Below are positions 51,394 through 61,556 of a stretch of DNA of 64,000 nucleotides, piece by piece (position 1 is the stretch's first letter; every line of letters begins with the position of its first letter). This DNA is from Armatimonadota bacterium (GTDB lineage: Bacteria > Armatimonadota > SYMT01). Made by a program: the position numbers and the translations under genes. The stretch lies in assembly GCA_046292385.1 (NCBI GenBank), contig JBKBRF010000002.1:203653-267652 (forward strand), written 5' to 3'. The notes below the pieces were generated by a model that saw nothing but the letters and a program-made list of their open reading frames with translations, did not search any database and was not told where the DNA came from.

Positions 51394-51897
51394 TTGGAAC
51401 GGACCGAACCCCGCACCGCTGCGCCCGCTTCCCGGTTCCGCACGCCGGCCTTCTGGCTCCTGCGCGTGCTGCCGCCGCTCCTCTTCATGGCGCTCATCTA
51501 CTGGATGGGCACGGAGCGGGCCTCCGCGGGGGAGACCCGCTCGCTCCTCGAGCGGCTGGTGGCGCTCTTCTCGCCGGCAATGGCGGAGAGCCTCTCTCCG
51601 GCAGCGATCGAGCTGGCGAACAAGGCGGTCCGCAAGTCCGGCCACTTCCTCTCCTACGCGCTGCTGGCGGTGCTCGACGCGCGCCCGTTCCGGGAGCCGG
51701 GCAAGCCGCTCGCGCCGCGGTGGGGCTGGGCGGCGTGGCTCGCCGCGACCGCCTGGGCCGCGGTCGATGAATTCCACCAGTCGTTCGACCCCTCGCGCGG
51801 CGGAGTGGTCGAGGACGTGTTTCTCGACTCCGCCGGCGCCGCCTTCGGGGTATACCTGTACCAGCTATGGACCCGACGAGCCTCCCGACGCGGCTGA
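51394..51897 (+). CDS. VanZ family protein
   Basis: VRKSGHF..Y..L, DEFHQSF.P.R.G...DV..D..G. Confidence 0.9.
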   Translation: MERTEPRTAAPASRFRTPAFWLLRVLPPLLFMALIYWMGTERASAGETRSLLERLVALFSPAMAESLSPAAIELANKAVRKSGHFLSYALLAVLDARPFREPGKPLAPRWGWAAWLAATAWAAVDEFHQSFDPSRGGVVEDVFLDSAGAAFGVYLYQLWTRRASRRG

Positions 51898-52664
51898 TCC
51901 GCGCCCCCTTCACCCCGATGCAGCGCGAGCCGGACCCGCTTACGGAGCAGGTCTCCCAGGCGCTGCTGGGACAGGCGGTGGCGGTGCTGGAGGAGTCCGG
52001 CGCGTGGCTACGGGTCCGCACGCCGGACGAGTACGAAGGCTGGATCCAGGCCGCGGCGGCGGTCGAGGCGCCGGAGGGGTGGGCCGGCCCCTGGGCGGAG
52101 GTGGAGGAGCTCTGGGCGAACCTGCGCGCCCGCCCCGATTCGGAGCTGCCGGCGGTGCTGCCGGCGATGATCGGCACGCGGCTCCCGCTGCTCGACCGGG
52201 ATGAGAAATGGGCCACCCTGCGCGGGCCGGAGGGAGCGCCGCTCTACACGGAGGTCAAGCGCGTGCGAAGCCTGGAGGAGCGCCCGGCCCGGCCGCGCTC
52301 CCGCCGGTCGATCTGCGCCACCGCCCGCCGCTTTCTGGGTATTCCCTACCTCTGGGGCGGCTGCAGCCCGTGGGGGCTCGACTGCTCCGGCTTCGTGCAG
52401 CTCGTGCTGCGCCTGCACGGCGTTCTGCTCCAGCGCGACGCCGGGCCGCAGAGCCGCCAGGGAGAGCCGGCGCCGGAGCCCGACGCCGCCGACCTCGTCT
52501 TCTTCGGCCCGCCGGAGCGGCCGGAGGCGATCACGCACGTGGGGATGATGCTCGACCGCGAGCGGTTCATCCACGCCCTGGGCAGCGACCGCGTGCGGAT
52601 CGACCCGCTGCGCGGGGGACGGCTGGAGCGGGAATACCGCTTCGCGCGTCGCTACCTGCCGTAA
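51867..52664 (+). CDS. SH3 + NlpC/P60 peptidase (YkfC/dipeptidyl-peptidase VI-like)
   Basis: SQALLG..V, D.YEGW, G.PYLWGG....G.DCSG, RDA..Q, HVG, FIHA. Confidence 0.93.
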   Translation: MDPTSLPTRLIRAPFTPMQREPDPLTEQVSQALLGQAVAVLEESGAWLRVRTPDEYEGWIQAAAAVEAPEGWAGPWAEVEELWANLRARPDSELPAVLPAMIGTRLPLLDRDEKWATLRGPEGAPLYTEVKRVRSLEERPARPRSRRSICATARRFLGIPYLWGGCSPWGLDCSGFVQLVLRLHGVLLQRDAGPQSRQGEPAPEPDAADLVFFGPPERPEAITHVGMMLDRERFIHALGSDRVRIDPLRGGRLEREYRFARRYLP

Positions 52665-52884
52665 CGGTAGGGGCGTCTATCCTCGTAAACGGAGTAGGCG
52701 AGCCAGCCAACCCTACCGAATTCCAATAAGGTGGCCTGCAACACGAGACCCGGGGTGCGTGTCCCAACTCGGAGGCACTGATACCCTTTTCTTAACAGCA
52801 CAGCGGCCAACCCGAGCGGGTAGGCTGAAACTGGGTTGAGCTGCCACGGACCGGCGAGCTGGTGTGGGCTGGCGAGAGACCTCT

Positions 52885-52975
52885 GTTGCAGGTTGGCAGG
52901 TTTGCAGGTTACAGGTTCGCTCGTCGTCAGGCGGGGTTCGGAACCTGCCAACCTGGAGCTTGCAAACCTGTTAAC
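52885..52975. repeat. Inverted AACCTGC arrays around a GGCGGGGTTCGG core
   Basis: gttgcaggttggcaggtttgcaggttacaggtt ... aacctgccaacctg..gcaaacctg. Confidence 0.88.
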
Positions 52976-53086
52976 GGTCGGGCTCCCACTCCAGGCCGTC
53001 CGAAGTAGCGGCACGACGGTAACCGACGAAGCAGATCCGGACGAGAGCCGACGCGGCTCCGCCTTCGATTTTGAAGTGATCCATCT

Positions 53087-56000
53087 ATGCGATTGAAAGT
53101 CCTTGCGGCTGGTGGTCTCGTAACGGCGTGGTGCGGCCTGGCGGCCGTGGCGGCGGCGCCCCGCGGCGCGGCGAAGCCGGCGGCGAAGCCCGCGGGAAAG
53201 GCGGCGCGCTCCGCCAAGCCGGCGGCCAAACCGGCGGCGAAGCCGGCCGCCAAGCCCCCGGTGAAGCCGGTCCCAGCCGTCTCGCCGGAGGAAGCGGAGT
53301 TCTTCGAAAAGGAGATCCGCCCCGTGCTGGCGCAGGAGTGCTACTCCTGCCACGGCCCCAAGGTCGCCCAGGCCGGCCTGCGGCTCGACTCCCGCGCCGC
53401 CCTGCTCCACGGAGGCGACAAGGGCCCGTCGCTGGTGCCCGGCGCGCCGGACAAGAGCCTGCTCGTCCAGGCGGTCCGGCACGAGGGCGGCTTGAAGATG
53501 CCGCCGGGACGGAAGCTCTCCGAGAAGCAGGTCGCCGCGCTGGAGAAGTGGGTCCAGATCGGCGCCCCGTGGCCCGGCGCCGCCGCGCAGCCCGCCAAGG
53601 CACCGCAGAGCTGGGATGAAGCGGTGGCGGTGCGCTCCAAGTGGTGGAGCCTGCAGCCGGTCCGCAAGCCGGCACTCCCCGCGGTGAAGAACGCGAAGTG
53701 GAGCGCTCATCCGGTCGACCACTTCATCCTGAGCAGCCTGGAGAAGAAGGGTCTGAAGCCGAGCGCCCGGGCGGACCGCCGCACGCTGATCCGCCGGCTC
53801 CACCTCACGCTCACCGGCCTGCCGCCCACCCCGGAAGAGGTGGAGCAGTTCGTGAAGGACCCGTCTCCGAACGCCTACCCGCGGCTGGTCGACCGGATCC
53901 TCACCTCCCCGCACTACGGCGAGCGCTGGGCGCGGCACTGGATGGACGTGGTCCGCTACGGCGAGACGCACGGCTACGAGTGGAACTACGAGATCCGGGA
54001 CGCGTGGCGCTACCGCGACTACCTGATCCGCGCGTTCAACGAGGACGTGCCGTACAACCAGCTCGTCCGGGAGCACCTCGCCGGCGACCTCCTGCCGCAG
54101 CCCCGGCGCAACCCGAAGGAAGGCTTCAACGAGTCGGTCATCGGCACCGCCTTCTATCGCTTCGGGGAGAACGGGCACGACGTCTTCAAGGAGATCGGCC
54201 TCGACGTTCTGGACAACCAGATCGACACCCTCTCCAAGGCGTTCCAGGCAACCACCATCTCCTGCGCCCGCTGCCACGACCACAAGCTCGACGCGGTCTC
54301 CACCAAGGACTACTACGCGCTCCTGGGCGTGCTGGCGAGCTCCCGGCAGGTGGTCCACACCCTCGACACGCCGGAGCTCGACGCGCAGCGCAAGCAGCGC
54401 CTCCGGGAGCTGAAGGGCGAGATCCGCGGCGCGCTGGCGGCGAAGTGGTCCGCCGACGCGGCGGAAGCCGGCCGCTACCTCGCCGCCGCGCAGGCGGTGC
54501 GGGAGAAGAAGCCGGAAGCGGAGACGCTGAAGCAGGGGCTCGACGCGGGCCGGCTCCAGGCGCTGGTGACGGCGCTGGAGAAGCGGAAGCCGGGCCTGGA
54601 AGAGCCGCTGCAGGCGTGGCTCTCCGTGACGGAGGCGCAGGCGAAGAACGCGCCGGTGGGCGAGGCATGGAGCCGCACGGCGGAGCAGTACGCGCAGGAA
54701 GCGAAGACGCGGGCGGAATTCAACGCCAAGCACTTCATCCCGTTCGGCGACTTCCGCGCGGGCGCGCCGGCCGGCTGGCGCGTCGACGGCCTCGGCCTCC
54801 ACGGCGGCCCCTCCCCGAGCGGCGACTTCGCCGTGGCGGACGAGGGCGACAAGGCGCTGCTCGGCATCTTCCCGGCGGGCCTCTACACCCACACGCTCTC
54901 GCAGAAGCTGAACGGCTCCATCCAGTCGCCGTTCCTGCCGGGCGAGACGCGGCAGGTCAGCTTCCGCGTGCTCGGCAACCGGAGCGGCGTGGTGCGGCAG
55001 ATCCCGGACCAGCGCCAGCTCACCGACGCCGGCACCGAGGTGAAGTCGGACGACCTGAAGTGGGTCACGATGGGCCGCTCCGACCGGGACGACTGGGTCT
55101 ACCTGGAGCTGATCACCAAGGAGCACAATCCGCGGTGGGCACCCGGCGACGAGAAGGGCAAGCCGAAGCAGGAAGATCCGCGCTCGTACTTCGGCGTGAC
55201 GCAGGTGGTGCTCCACAACGGCACCGGCGAGCACCCGAAGGAGAGCCTGGGCCACATCGTCCGCCTCTTCCAGGGCGAGGCGCCCAAGGACGCGGCGGAG
55301 GCAGCGGCCCGCTACGAAGCGGCCACGCGCGCCGCGATCGAGGCGTGGGCGGCCGGTAAGGCGTCCGACGAGGACGCCGCGTGGCTCGACTGGGCGATGA
55401 GCAGCGGCCTGCTCTCTAACTCGGTCAAGAGCAGCCCCGAGGTGGAGAAGCTGATCGCGGAGTACCGCTCCGTAGAGAAGGGGATCACCCCGCCGCGGCT
55501 CGTCTCCGGCGTGGCGGACGTGGCCGGCGGCTTCGACGTGCCGGTCTTCATCCGCGGCGACTTCCGGAACCCGGGCGAGCCGGCGCCCCGCCGCTACCTG
55601 GAGGTGCTCTCCAGCAGCGAGCGCCCCGGCACCGCCAACGGCAGCGGCCGCTGGGAGCTGGCCCAGGAGATCGCCAGCGCGCGCAACCCGCTTACCGCCC
55701 GGGTGATGGTGAACCGGGTCTGGCACTACCTCTTCGGTCGGGGGCTGGTCCGCACCACGGACGACTTCGGCCACATGGGCGAGAAGCCGACCCATCCGGA
55801 GCTGCTCGACTACCTGGCGGCGCGCTTCACCGAGCCGGCGAACGCGGGCTGGGGCGGCTGGTCCGTAAAGAGCCTGGTGCGGCAGCTCGTGCTGAGTGAG
55901 ACGTTCCAGATGAGCGGCCAGGCGAACACCGCGGCTCGCGGGAAGGACCCGGACAACCTGCTCCTGCATCACTTCCCCGCTCGGCGGATGGAAGCGGAAG

Positions 56001-56539
56001 TGATCCGGGACTCGATCCTGACGGTCTCCGGCCGGCTCGACCGCACCCTCTACGGGCCGAGCATCCAGCCGCACCGGGTCGATCCGAAGCCGGAGCGCCG
56101 GCTCTGGACCGGTCCGCTCGACGGCGAGGGCCGCCGGAGCATCTACACCAAGATCACCCTGATGGGCGGGCCGGCGTTCCTGGAGGTCTTCAACTTCCCG
56201 GACCCGAAGACGGCGATGGGGCGGCGCGACGTGACCAACGTGCCGGCGCAGGCGCTGACGCTGCTGAACGACCCGTTCGTGCTGGGCCAGGCGGAAGTCT
56301 GGGCGGAGCGGCTGGTCGCCGGCTCCGAGGCGACGGTCGCCCAGCGGATCCAGGGCATGTTCCAGCGCACCCTGAGCCGCCCGCCGAGTCCGCAGGAGCT
56401 GGCGCGGGTAGAGAAGGTAGTGAAGGACCTGGCGGCGCTCCACGAGGTGCCGGAAGGCGAAGTGTTGAAGAGCAAGCCGGTCTGGAAAGACCTGGCCCAC
56501 GCCTTCTTCAACCTGAAAGAGTTCATCTACGTGCGGTAG
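53087..56539 (+). CDS. Planctomycete cytochrome c + DUF1549 + DUF1553 protein
   Basis: FFEKEIRPVL..CYSCH, YGERWARHWMDVVRY, CARCHDHK, NPLTARVMVNRVW, PTHPELLDYLA, EFIYVR. Confidence 0.96.
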   Translation: MRLKVLAAGGLVTAWCGLAAVAAAPRGAAKPAAKPAGKAARSAKPAAKPAAKPAAKPPVKPVPAVSPEEAEFFEKEIRPVLAQECYSCHGPKVAQAGLRLDSRAALLHGGDKGPSLVPGAPDKSLLVQAVRHEGGLKMPPGRKLSEKQVAALEKWVQIGAPWPGAAAQPAKAPQSWDEAVAVRSKWWSLQPVRKPALPAVKNAKWSAHPVDHFILSSLEKKGLKPSARADRRTLIRRLHLTLTGLPPTPEEVEQFVKDPSPNAYPRLVDRILTSPHYGERWARHWMDVVRYGETHGYEWNYEIRDAWRYRDYLIRAFNEDVPYNQLVREHLAGDLLPQPRRNPKEGFNESVIGTAFYRFGENGHDVFKEIGLDVLDNQIDTLSKAFQATTISCARCHDHKLDAVSTKDYYALLGVLASSRQVVHTLDTPELDAQRKQRLRELKGEIRGALAAKWSADAAEAGRYLAAAQAVREKKPEAETLKQGLDAGRLQALVTALEKRKPGLEEPLQAWLSVTEAQAKNAPVGEAWSRTAEQYAQEAKTRAEFNAKHFIPFGDFRAGAPAGWRVDGLGLHGGPSPSGDFAVADEGDKALLGIFPAGLYTHTLSQKLNGSIQSPFLPGETRQVSFRVLGNRSGVVRQIPDQRQLTDAGTEVKSDDLKWVTMGRSDRDDWVYLELITKEHNPRWAPGDEKGKPKQEDPRSYFGVTQVVLHNGTGEHPKESLGHIVRLFQGEAPKDAAEAAARYEAATRAAIEAWAAGKASDEDAAWLDWAMSSGLLSNSVKSSPEVEKLIAEYRSVEKGITPPRLVSGVADVAGGFDVPVFIRGDFRNPGEPAPRRYLEVLSSSERPGTANGSGRWELAQEIASARNPLTARVMVNRVWHYLFGRGLVRTTDDFGHMGEKPTHPELLDYLAARFTEPANAGWGGWSVKSLVRQLVLSETFQMSGQANTAARGKDPDNLLLHHFPARRMEAEVIRDSILTVSGRLDRTLYGPSIQPHRVDPKPERRLWTGPLDGEGRRSIYTKITLMGGPAFLEVFNFPDPKTAMGRRDVTNVPAQALTLLNDPFVLGQAEVWAERLVAGSEATVAQRIQGMFQRTLSRPPSPQELARVEKVVKDLAALHEVPEGEVLKSKPVWKDLAHAFFNLKEFIYVR

Positions 56540-56560
56540 GCGCCCGCTCCGTGCTATTCT

Positions 56561-56593
56561 GACGGCTGGAGGTCAAGCGACTTCCAGCCGTCC
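56561..56593. other. Strong intra-operon hairpin
   Basis: gacggctggaggtc-aagc-gacttccagccgtc. Confidence 0.6.
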
Positions 56594-56653
56594 GGAGCAG
56601 CGGGTCCCGCTCATTCAGCATTTGGCGTTAACCGTTAACCAGGAGATCCTGCG

Positions 56654-58093
56654 GTGAAGAATAGGTCGAACGACCCGGCGTGCGGCTGTCCCGGCCGCGT
56701 GAAGGCGCCGATGACCCGGCGAGAGCTGCTGAAGACCAGCGCGAACGGCTTCGGAATGCTGGCGCTCTCCGCGCTGATGGCCGATCCGAGCTACGCCGGG
56801 CTGGTGCAGAAGCAGGGCCCGCACCACGCCCCCAAGGCGAAGAACGTCATCTTCCTCTTCATGGACGGCGGCGTCTCCCACGTCGACTCGTTCGACCCGA
56901 AGCCGAAGCTGACCGAGATGCACGGCAAGGCGGTCGGAAAGGTCGATAACCCCACCGCCGGCGGCGCCCGCAAGTGGCTGAAGTGCCCGTGGGAGTTCAA
57001 GCAGTACGGCCAGTCCGGGATGCCGATCAGCAGCCTCTTCCCGCACGCCGCCACCATCGCGGACGAGCTGGCGGTGATCCGCTCCATGAAGGCGGAGTTC
57101 CCGCTCCACTCCCGCGGCAACCTGCTCCTGCACACCGGCCGCAACACCGGCGGTCTGCCGAGCTTCGGCTCCTGGGTCACCTACGGCCTCGGCTCCGAGA
57201 ACAAGAACCTGCCCGGCTTCGTGGTGCTCAACTTCAACATGGTGCCGGCGGGCGGCCTGGAGAACTTCTCCAGCGGCTTCCTTCCCGCCACGCACCAGGC
57301 GACGATGCTGAACGCCACCGGCACCCCGCTGGACAACCTGGTCCCGGCGGACAAGATCGCCCGGGTGCAGCGGATGAAGCTCGACCTGCTCGGGGCGCAG
57401 GACCAGGAGTTCTCGCGCAACCTGGGCGGCATGGAGCCGGTCGAGTCGGCGATCGAGAACTACGAGCTCGCCTACCGGATGCAGTCGCTCGTGCCGGACG
57501 TGCTCGACCTGAGCAAGGAGAGCGAAGAGACGAAGAAGAGCTATGGTCTCGACGCCGAGAACAAGCACAAGCGCGAGTACGGCATGCAGTGCCTGCGGGC
57601 GCGGCGGCTGATCGAGTCCGGCGTCCGCTTCGTGGAGGTCTGCTGCCCGCAGCTCTACGGCGCCACCGGCACCTGGGACCAGCACGGCGAGCTGAAGAAG
57701 GGCCACGAGACGAACGCGATGGTCACCGACCAGGCGGTCACCGCCCTGATCAAGGACCTGAAGCAGCGCGGCATGCTGGACGACACGCTGATCCTCTGGG
57801 CGGGCGAGTTCGGCCGCACCCCGCACTCCGCGGGCGACGACGGCCGCGACCACCATCCGGAAGGCTTCACCGTCTGGCTGGCAGGCGGCGGCGTGAAGGG
57901 CGGCACGATCTACGGCGCCACCGACGAGCTCGGCATGCACTCCGTGGAGAACGTCTGCACCTTCCACGACCTGCACGCGACGATGCTCCACCTGATCGGC
58001 CTGGACCACGAGCGGCTCACCTACCGCTTCGGCGGCCGCGACTTCCGCCTCACCGACGTCCACGGCCGCGTGATCAAAGAGATCATCGCCTAG
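56654..58093 (+). CDS. DUF1501 domain protein (Tat-like TRRELL signal)
   Basis: AKNVIFLFMDGG.SH.DSFDPKP, ARRL.E.GVRFV, WDQH, GEFGRTP, GRDHH, RLTDVHG. Confidence 0.96.
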   Translation: MKNRSNDPACGCPGRVKAPMTRRELLKTSANGFGMLALSALMADPSYAGLVQKQGPHHAPKAKNVIFLFMDGGVSHVDSFDPKPKLTEMHGKAVGKVDNPTAGGARKWLKCPWEFKQYGQSGMPISSLFPHAATIADELAVIRSMKAEFPLHSRGNLLLHTGRNTGGLPSFGSWVTYGLGSENKNLPGFVVLNFNMVPAGGLENFSSGFLPATHQATMLNATGTPLDNLVPADKIARVQRMKLDLLGAQDQEFSRNLGGMEPVESAIENYELAYRMQSLVPDVLDLSKESEETKKSYGLDAENKHKREYGMQCLRARRLIESGVRFVEVCCPQLYGATGTWDQHGELKKGHETNAMVTDQAVTALIKDLKQRGMLDDTLILWAGEFGRTPHSAGDDGRDHHPEGFTVWLAGGGVKGGTIYGATDELGMHSVENVCTFHDLHATMLHLIGLDHERLTYRFGGRDFRLTDVHGRVIKEIIA

Positions 58094-58180
58094 CCGGCGC
58101 AGCCTCGCGGGGCGGCAGTCACCCGCCGCCCCCGACACCCCATCCCCTGGACCAAATCCCCTACACCCTGGAAGAAGAGA

Positions 58181-58930
58181 ATGAGCGAGAAGCAGACTGC
58201 CGTGGCGATCGTGACCGGCGCCGCCCGCGGGATCGGTAAGGCGACGGCGGAGTACTTCGCCGCCGAGGGAAAGGCGGTCGTGATCGCCGACCTCGACCAG
58301 CAGACCGCGGAAGCCGTGGCGCACGAGCTCCGCGAGCAGGGTCGCCAGGCGATCGCCGTCAAGGTCGACGTCGCCAACCGGGAGAGCGTCGGCGCGATGG
58401 TCGAGACGGTGCTCTCCCAGCTCGGCCGCATCGACATCCTGGTGAACAACGCCGGCATCGCCGGCCGCGCCGCCCCGCTGAGCGACGTCACCGACGCGGA
58501 GTGGGACACGATGATGGCGGTCGACCTGAAGAGCGTCTACCTCTGCTGCCAGGCGGTGCTGCCGCACATGCTGCAGCGCGGCTCCGGCGCCATCGTGAAC
58601 GTCGCCTCCATCGCCGGCAAGGAAGGGAACCCGAACATGGTCCCCTATTCCACCGCCAAGGCGGGCGTGATCGGCCTGACGAAGGCGCTGGCGAAAGAAG
58701 TAGCGGCGAAGGGCGTCCGCGTCAATGCGGTGGCGCCCGCGGTGATCGAGACCGAGATCCTGCAGCAGCTCACGCCCGCGCAGGTGGAGTACATGAAGTC
58801 GCGCGTCCCGATGGGCCGCTTCGGCGCGCCGCAGGAAGTCGCCGCCGTAATCGGCTTCCTCGCCTCGGACGGCTCGAGCTTCGTCACCGCCCAGTGCTAC
58901 GACGTCAGCGGCGGCCGCGCCACCTACTAA
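58181..58930 (+). CDS. SDR family oxidoreductase
   Basis: TGAARGIG, NNAG, YSTAK. Confidence 0.95.
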   Translation: MSEKQTAVAIVTGAARGIGKATAEYFAAEGKAVVIADLDQQTAEAVAHELREQGRQAIAVKVDVANRESVGAMVETVLSQLGRIDILVNNAGIAGRAAPLSDVTDAEWDTMMAVDLKSVYLCCQAVLPHMLQRGSGAIVNVASIAGKEGNPNMVPYSTAKAGVIGLTKALAKEVAAKGVRVNAVAPAVIETEILQQLTPAQVEYMKSRVPMGRFGAPQEVAAVIGFLASDGSSFVTAQCYDVSGGRATY

Positions 58931-58976
58931 GCAGCGGCGGCGAGACCGGCCGGAGCCGGCTGAGCGCAGAGTCGTG

Positions 58977-59021
58977 AAATGGGAGCCACCTTGCCCTCTG
59001 GGTGCGGCGGCTCCCATTTTT
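58977..59021. terminator. Rho-independent terminator (probably bidirectional)
   Basis: aaatgggagcc...ggctcccattttt. Confidence 0.75.
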
Positions 59022-59109
59022 GCTGTCTCTTCTACTCCGAACCGGTTGCTGCCCGTCGTCTCCGGGCGTCATCAGGCCAACCCTGAGCGTGGAAGCCGGG
59101 CGGAAGGCG

Positions 59110-60252
59110 TCAGCCAATCAGCCTGGCGGCCGGCTTCTGCACCCACTCGTGATAGGCGTCGGAGACGCGCGCCTCGGTCGCGTCGCCCGGGTGGATCAGC
59201 ACACGGTAGCGGAAGCGCAGCGTCTCACCCTTCTTCTGGTGGTAGGGAGTTTTCTCGCTGGCCCCAAAGGCGGCGTTCGCGAACGGGTTGGTGCCGACGA
59301 GCCCGTAGTCGCGCGCGTGCCAGCGGCACGGGTGGTTCAGGTTGCCCGGGTGGTCCATCATCGCGATGCCGACCACCTTGCCCTGCACGGGGCCGCTGTA
59401 GTCGAGCCACTGCGCGCGCTTGCCCCAGACCTGCTTCTCGCCCACGCCCCGCTCGCTGTTCATCATCTTCCCGCCTTCGCCCCCCTTGATGGTGTGGAAG
59501 ACGCGGAAGGCGAGGATGCCGCCCTCCTTCGTGTCGCCGTACTCCACGTCGCCGTGGGAGGCGATCAGGTGGACTTCGTAGTCGAGCAGGCGGCGGTCCG
59601 GGCCGACGTTGTAGACGCGGATCGCACGCCGCTCGTCGAGGACTGGCTTGCCGTCGTGGGAGGTCCAGACCGAGGAGGCGACAAAGCCGCCGTAGGCGGT
59701 ACCGCCGGATTTGCGAGTGAACTTCTGGTGGCGCGTCCAGCCGTGCTTGCCGGCCGCCTCGCTCCAGTTGTCGACGCCGTTCACCTCGTCGTAGGCGGTC
59801 CAAAACGAGCGGTGGTGCGGGTGGTCCTGGTCCTTCGCCTGCTTCTCCTCGGCCACGTCGATCATCGGAAAATCGCGCGTGACGCGTCGCCGCTCGGGGC
59901 CGAACACCGGGTGGAAGAACGGCCGCGCGTGCTGCGGATCGAAGTTGTAGGTGGTGAAGAGGCCGTCCGGCAGGTAGATGCTCAGCGCGTGCGGGCCCTC
60001 TTCCTTCAGCTCCACCCGGCCCTTCTCCTGCGCCGCGGCCAGCCGGAAGCGCCGGCTCTCCCCGGCTTCCAGGCCGGAGACGAGGACCACGAGCCGGTCG
60101 CCGTCCAGCTGCGCCGGCAGCCGCAGGCCGCCCCCCTCTTCCCGCAGCTCGAGCGGCCCGTCCGGGAGCGGCTCGGAGCACTGGGCGAGCTCTACCTCTA
60201 CGGGCGCGGGGCCGTGGCAGTCCAGGTCGGCGGAAATCTCGATGAGCGGCAT
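59110..60252 (-). CDS. 'PmoA'-annotated (PF14100/DUF6807-like) protein, probably sugar-related
   Basis: RPFFHPV.GP..VTR, DHPHHRSFW, DTKEG, DHP.N, WHARDYG..NPF. Confidence 0.85.
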   Translation of the reverse strand: MPLIEISADLDCHGPAPVEVELAQCSEPLPDGPLELREEGGGLRLPAQLDGDRLVVLVSGLEAGESRRFRLAAAQEKGRVELKEEGPHALSIYLPDGLFTTYNFDPQHARPFFHPVFGPERRRVTRDFPMIDVAEEKQAKDQDHPHHRSFWTAYDEVNGVDNWSEAAGKHGWTRHQKFTRKSGGTAYGGFVASSVWTSHDGKPVLDERRAIRVYNVGPDRRLLDYEVHLIASHGDVEYGDTKEGGILAFRVFHTIKGGEGGKMMNSERGVGEKQVWGKRAQWLDYSGPVQGKVVGIAMMDHPGNLNHPCRWHARDYGLVGTNPFANAAFGASEKTPYHQKKGETLRFRYRVLIHPGDATEARVSDAYHEWVQKPAARLIG

Positions 60253-60277
60253 TTGCAAGTCCCTCCGCCGGCCCGTT

Positions 60278-61099
60278 TTACGCCGCCCCGGTGAAAACCT
60301 CTCTCAGATAGCGCAGGCTCTCCCGGGCGATCGTCTCCGGGTCGGGCGAGTAGTCGAACACCTCTACGGAGACATACCCGCCAAAGCCGGTCTCCCGCAG
60401 CGCAGCGGCGATCGGGCGGAAGTCGGTCTCGCCGAACCCGGGTCCGCGCCGGTTCGCGTCGTTCGCGTGGACGTGCTCCACCAGCGCGGCGAGCTCCCGG
60501 ATGATCTCCGCGGGCGAGCGGTCTTCCGCGGACATCGACTTCACGTCGAGCATCAGTCGGAAATTCGGGTGGTCCAGCTCGTGCACCATCCGCGCCGCTT
60601 CCGCCGCGGTGAGGATGAAGTCCGCCTCCGGCTGCGGCAGCGACTCCTGGCAGAGCGTCACCCCGCGCTCGGCCAGGGTCGGCAGCACCTGGCGGTACGA
60701 GTCCTGGGTCCGCTCCCACGCGCCCTGCAGGTCACCGTCCTCCAGCCGCCGCTGCATTGGCGAGCCGAAGATCATCACCGGCGCGCCGACGTCGCCGGCG
60801 AAGTCGACCAGCGCGCGGAGGTAGTCGACCGTCCGCCGCCGCAGCGCCTCGTCCTTCGAGTGGATGTGGAGCCCCTTCGGCGAGGCGAGCAGCCAGTGCA
60901 GCCCCACGATCTCCAGCCCCGCGTCGGCGGCGACGGTGCGGATCTCCCGCCGTCGCTCCGGAGAGACGGCGGTGACCGACTCGCCGAACGTAAACGGCGC
61001 GATCTCGATCCCGTCGTAACCGGTCTCGGCCACGAAGCGGCAGACCCGCTCCCACGGCCAGTCCCCGAAGGTCTCGTTACAGATGGCGAAGCGCTGCAT
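60278..61099 (-). CDS. Sugar phosphate isomerase/epimerase (AP_endonuc_2; psicose/tagatose 3-epimerase-like)
   Basis: FAICNETF, GYDGIEIAPF, GLHWLL, FGSP.QR, HVHAND.N..GPG.G, SVEVF. Confidence 0.92.
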   Translation of the reverse strand: MQRFAICNETFGDWPWERVCRFVAETGYDGIEIAPFTFGESVTAVSPERRREIRTVAADAGLEIVGLHWLLASPKGLHIHSKDEALRRRTVDYLRALVDFAGDVGAPVMIFGSPMQRRLEDGDLQGAWERTQDSYRQVLPTLAERGVTLCQESLPQPEADFILTAAEAARMVHELDHPNFRLMLDVKSMSAEDRSPAEIIRELAALVEHVHANDANRRGPGFGETDFRPIAAALRETGFGGYVSVEVFDYSPDPETIARESLRYLREVFTGAA

Positions 61100-61196
61100 G
61101 GGTCCTCTCTAGGGTCGATCTGATCAAACGGGTGCCTGCGGAACGCACCCCGCCGAATGACGCGAGGTGAGCGGCAGCCCTCGTCTCCCTACCCCA

Positions 61197-61355
61197 GTCA
61201 TCCTGACCGGAGGGAAAGATCTACGTCACTCCGCTCCCCGCGAGCACGATCAGCCCCCGCGTTCGGGAGTGCCCCGCCACGCCGCGTCCTCGTCACCCGG
61301 ACGCGTGCTCCGAACCAGGACGGCTGCCGAGATTCTTCCCTGCGGTCACAATGAC
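61197..61355. repeat. Inverted-repeat miniature element (gtcatcctgaccggagggaaagatct ... agattcttccctgcggtcacaatgac)
   Basis: About 26-bp imperfect terminal inverted repeats. Confidence 0.75.
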
Positions 61356-61556
61356 GAGCTCGCGCGATAGACGCTCCTGGCGAACGGACAGCCCGCGGCG
61401 ACGCGTTTCGGTCACCAGCGCACTCCCGCTCCTCGCTGCGGACTACGTGTTCGGCAGGCGGCGAGCGGGAGTACGAGTAGGAGTGGCCGTGCTCGGAGGG
61501 CGCACCGCGGCCCACGCCAGCCCTACCCGCTACCCCCTAAACGCTACCCGCTACCG

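Noticed and set aside
51394..51897. Glycopeptide resistance locus
   Set aside because: VanZ-like proteins are widespread and no vanHAX or vanRS genes are present.
59110..60252. Particulate methane monooxygenase
   Set aside because: Soluble-looking protein with no TM helices and no pmoB/pmoC; the family name is misleading.
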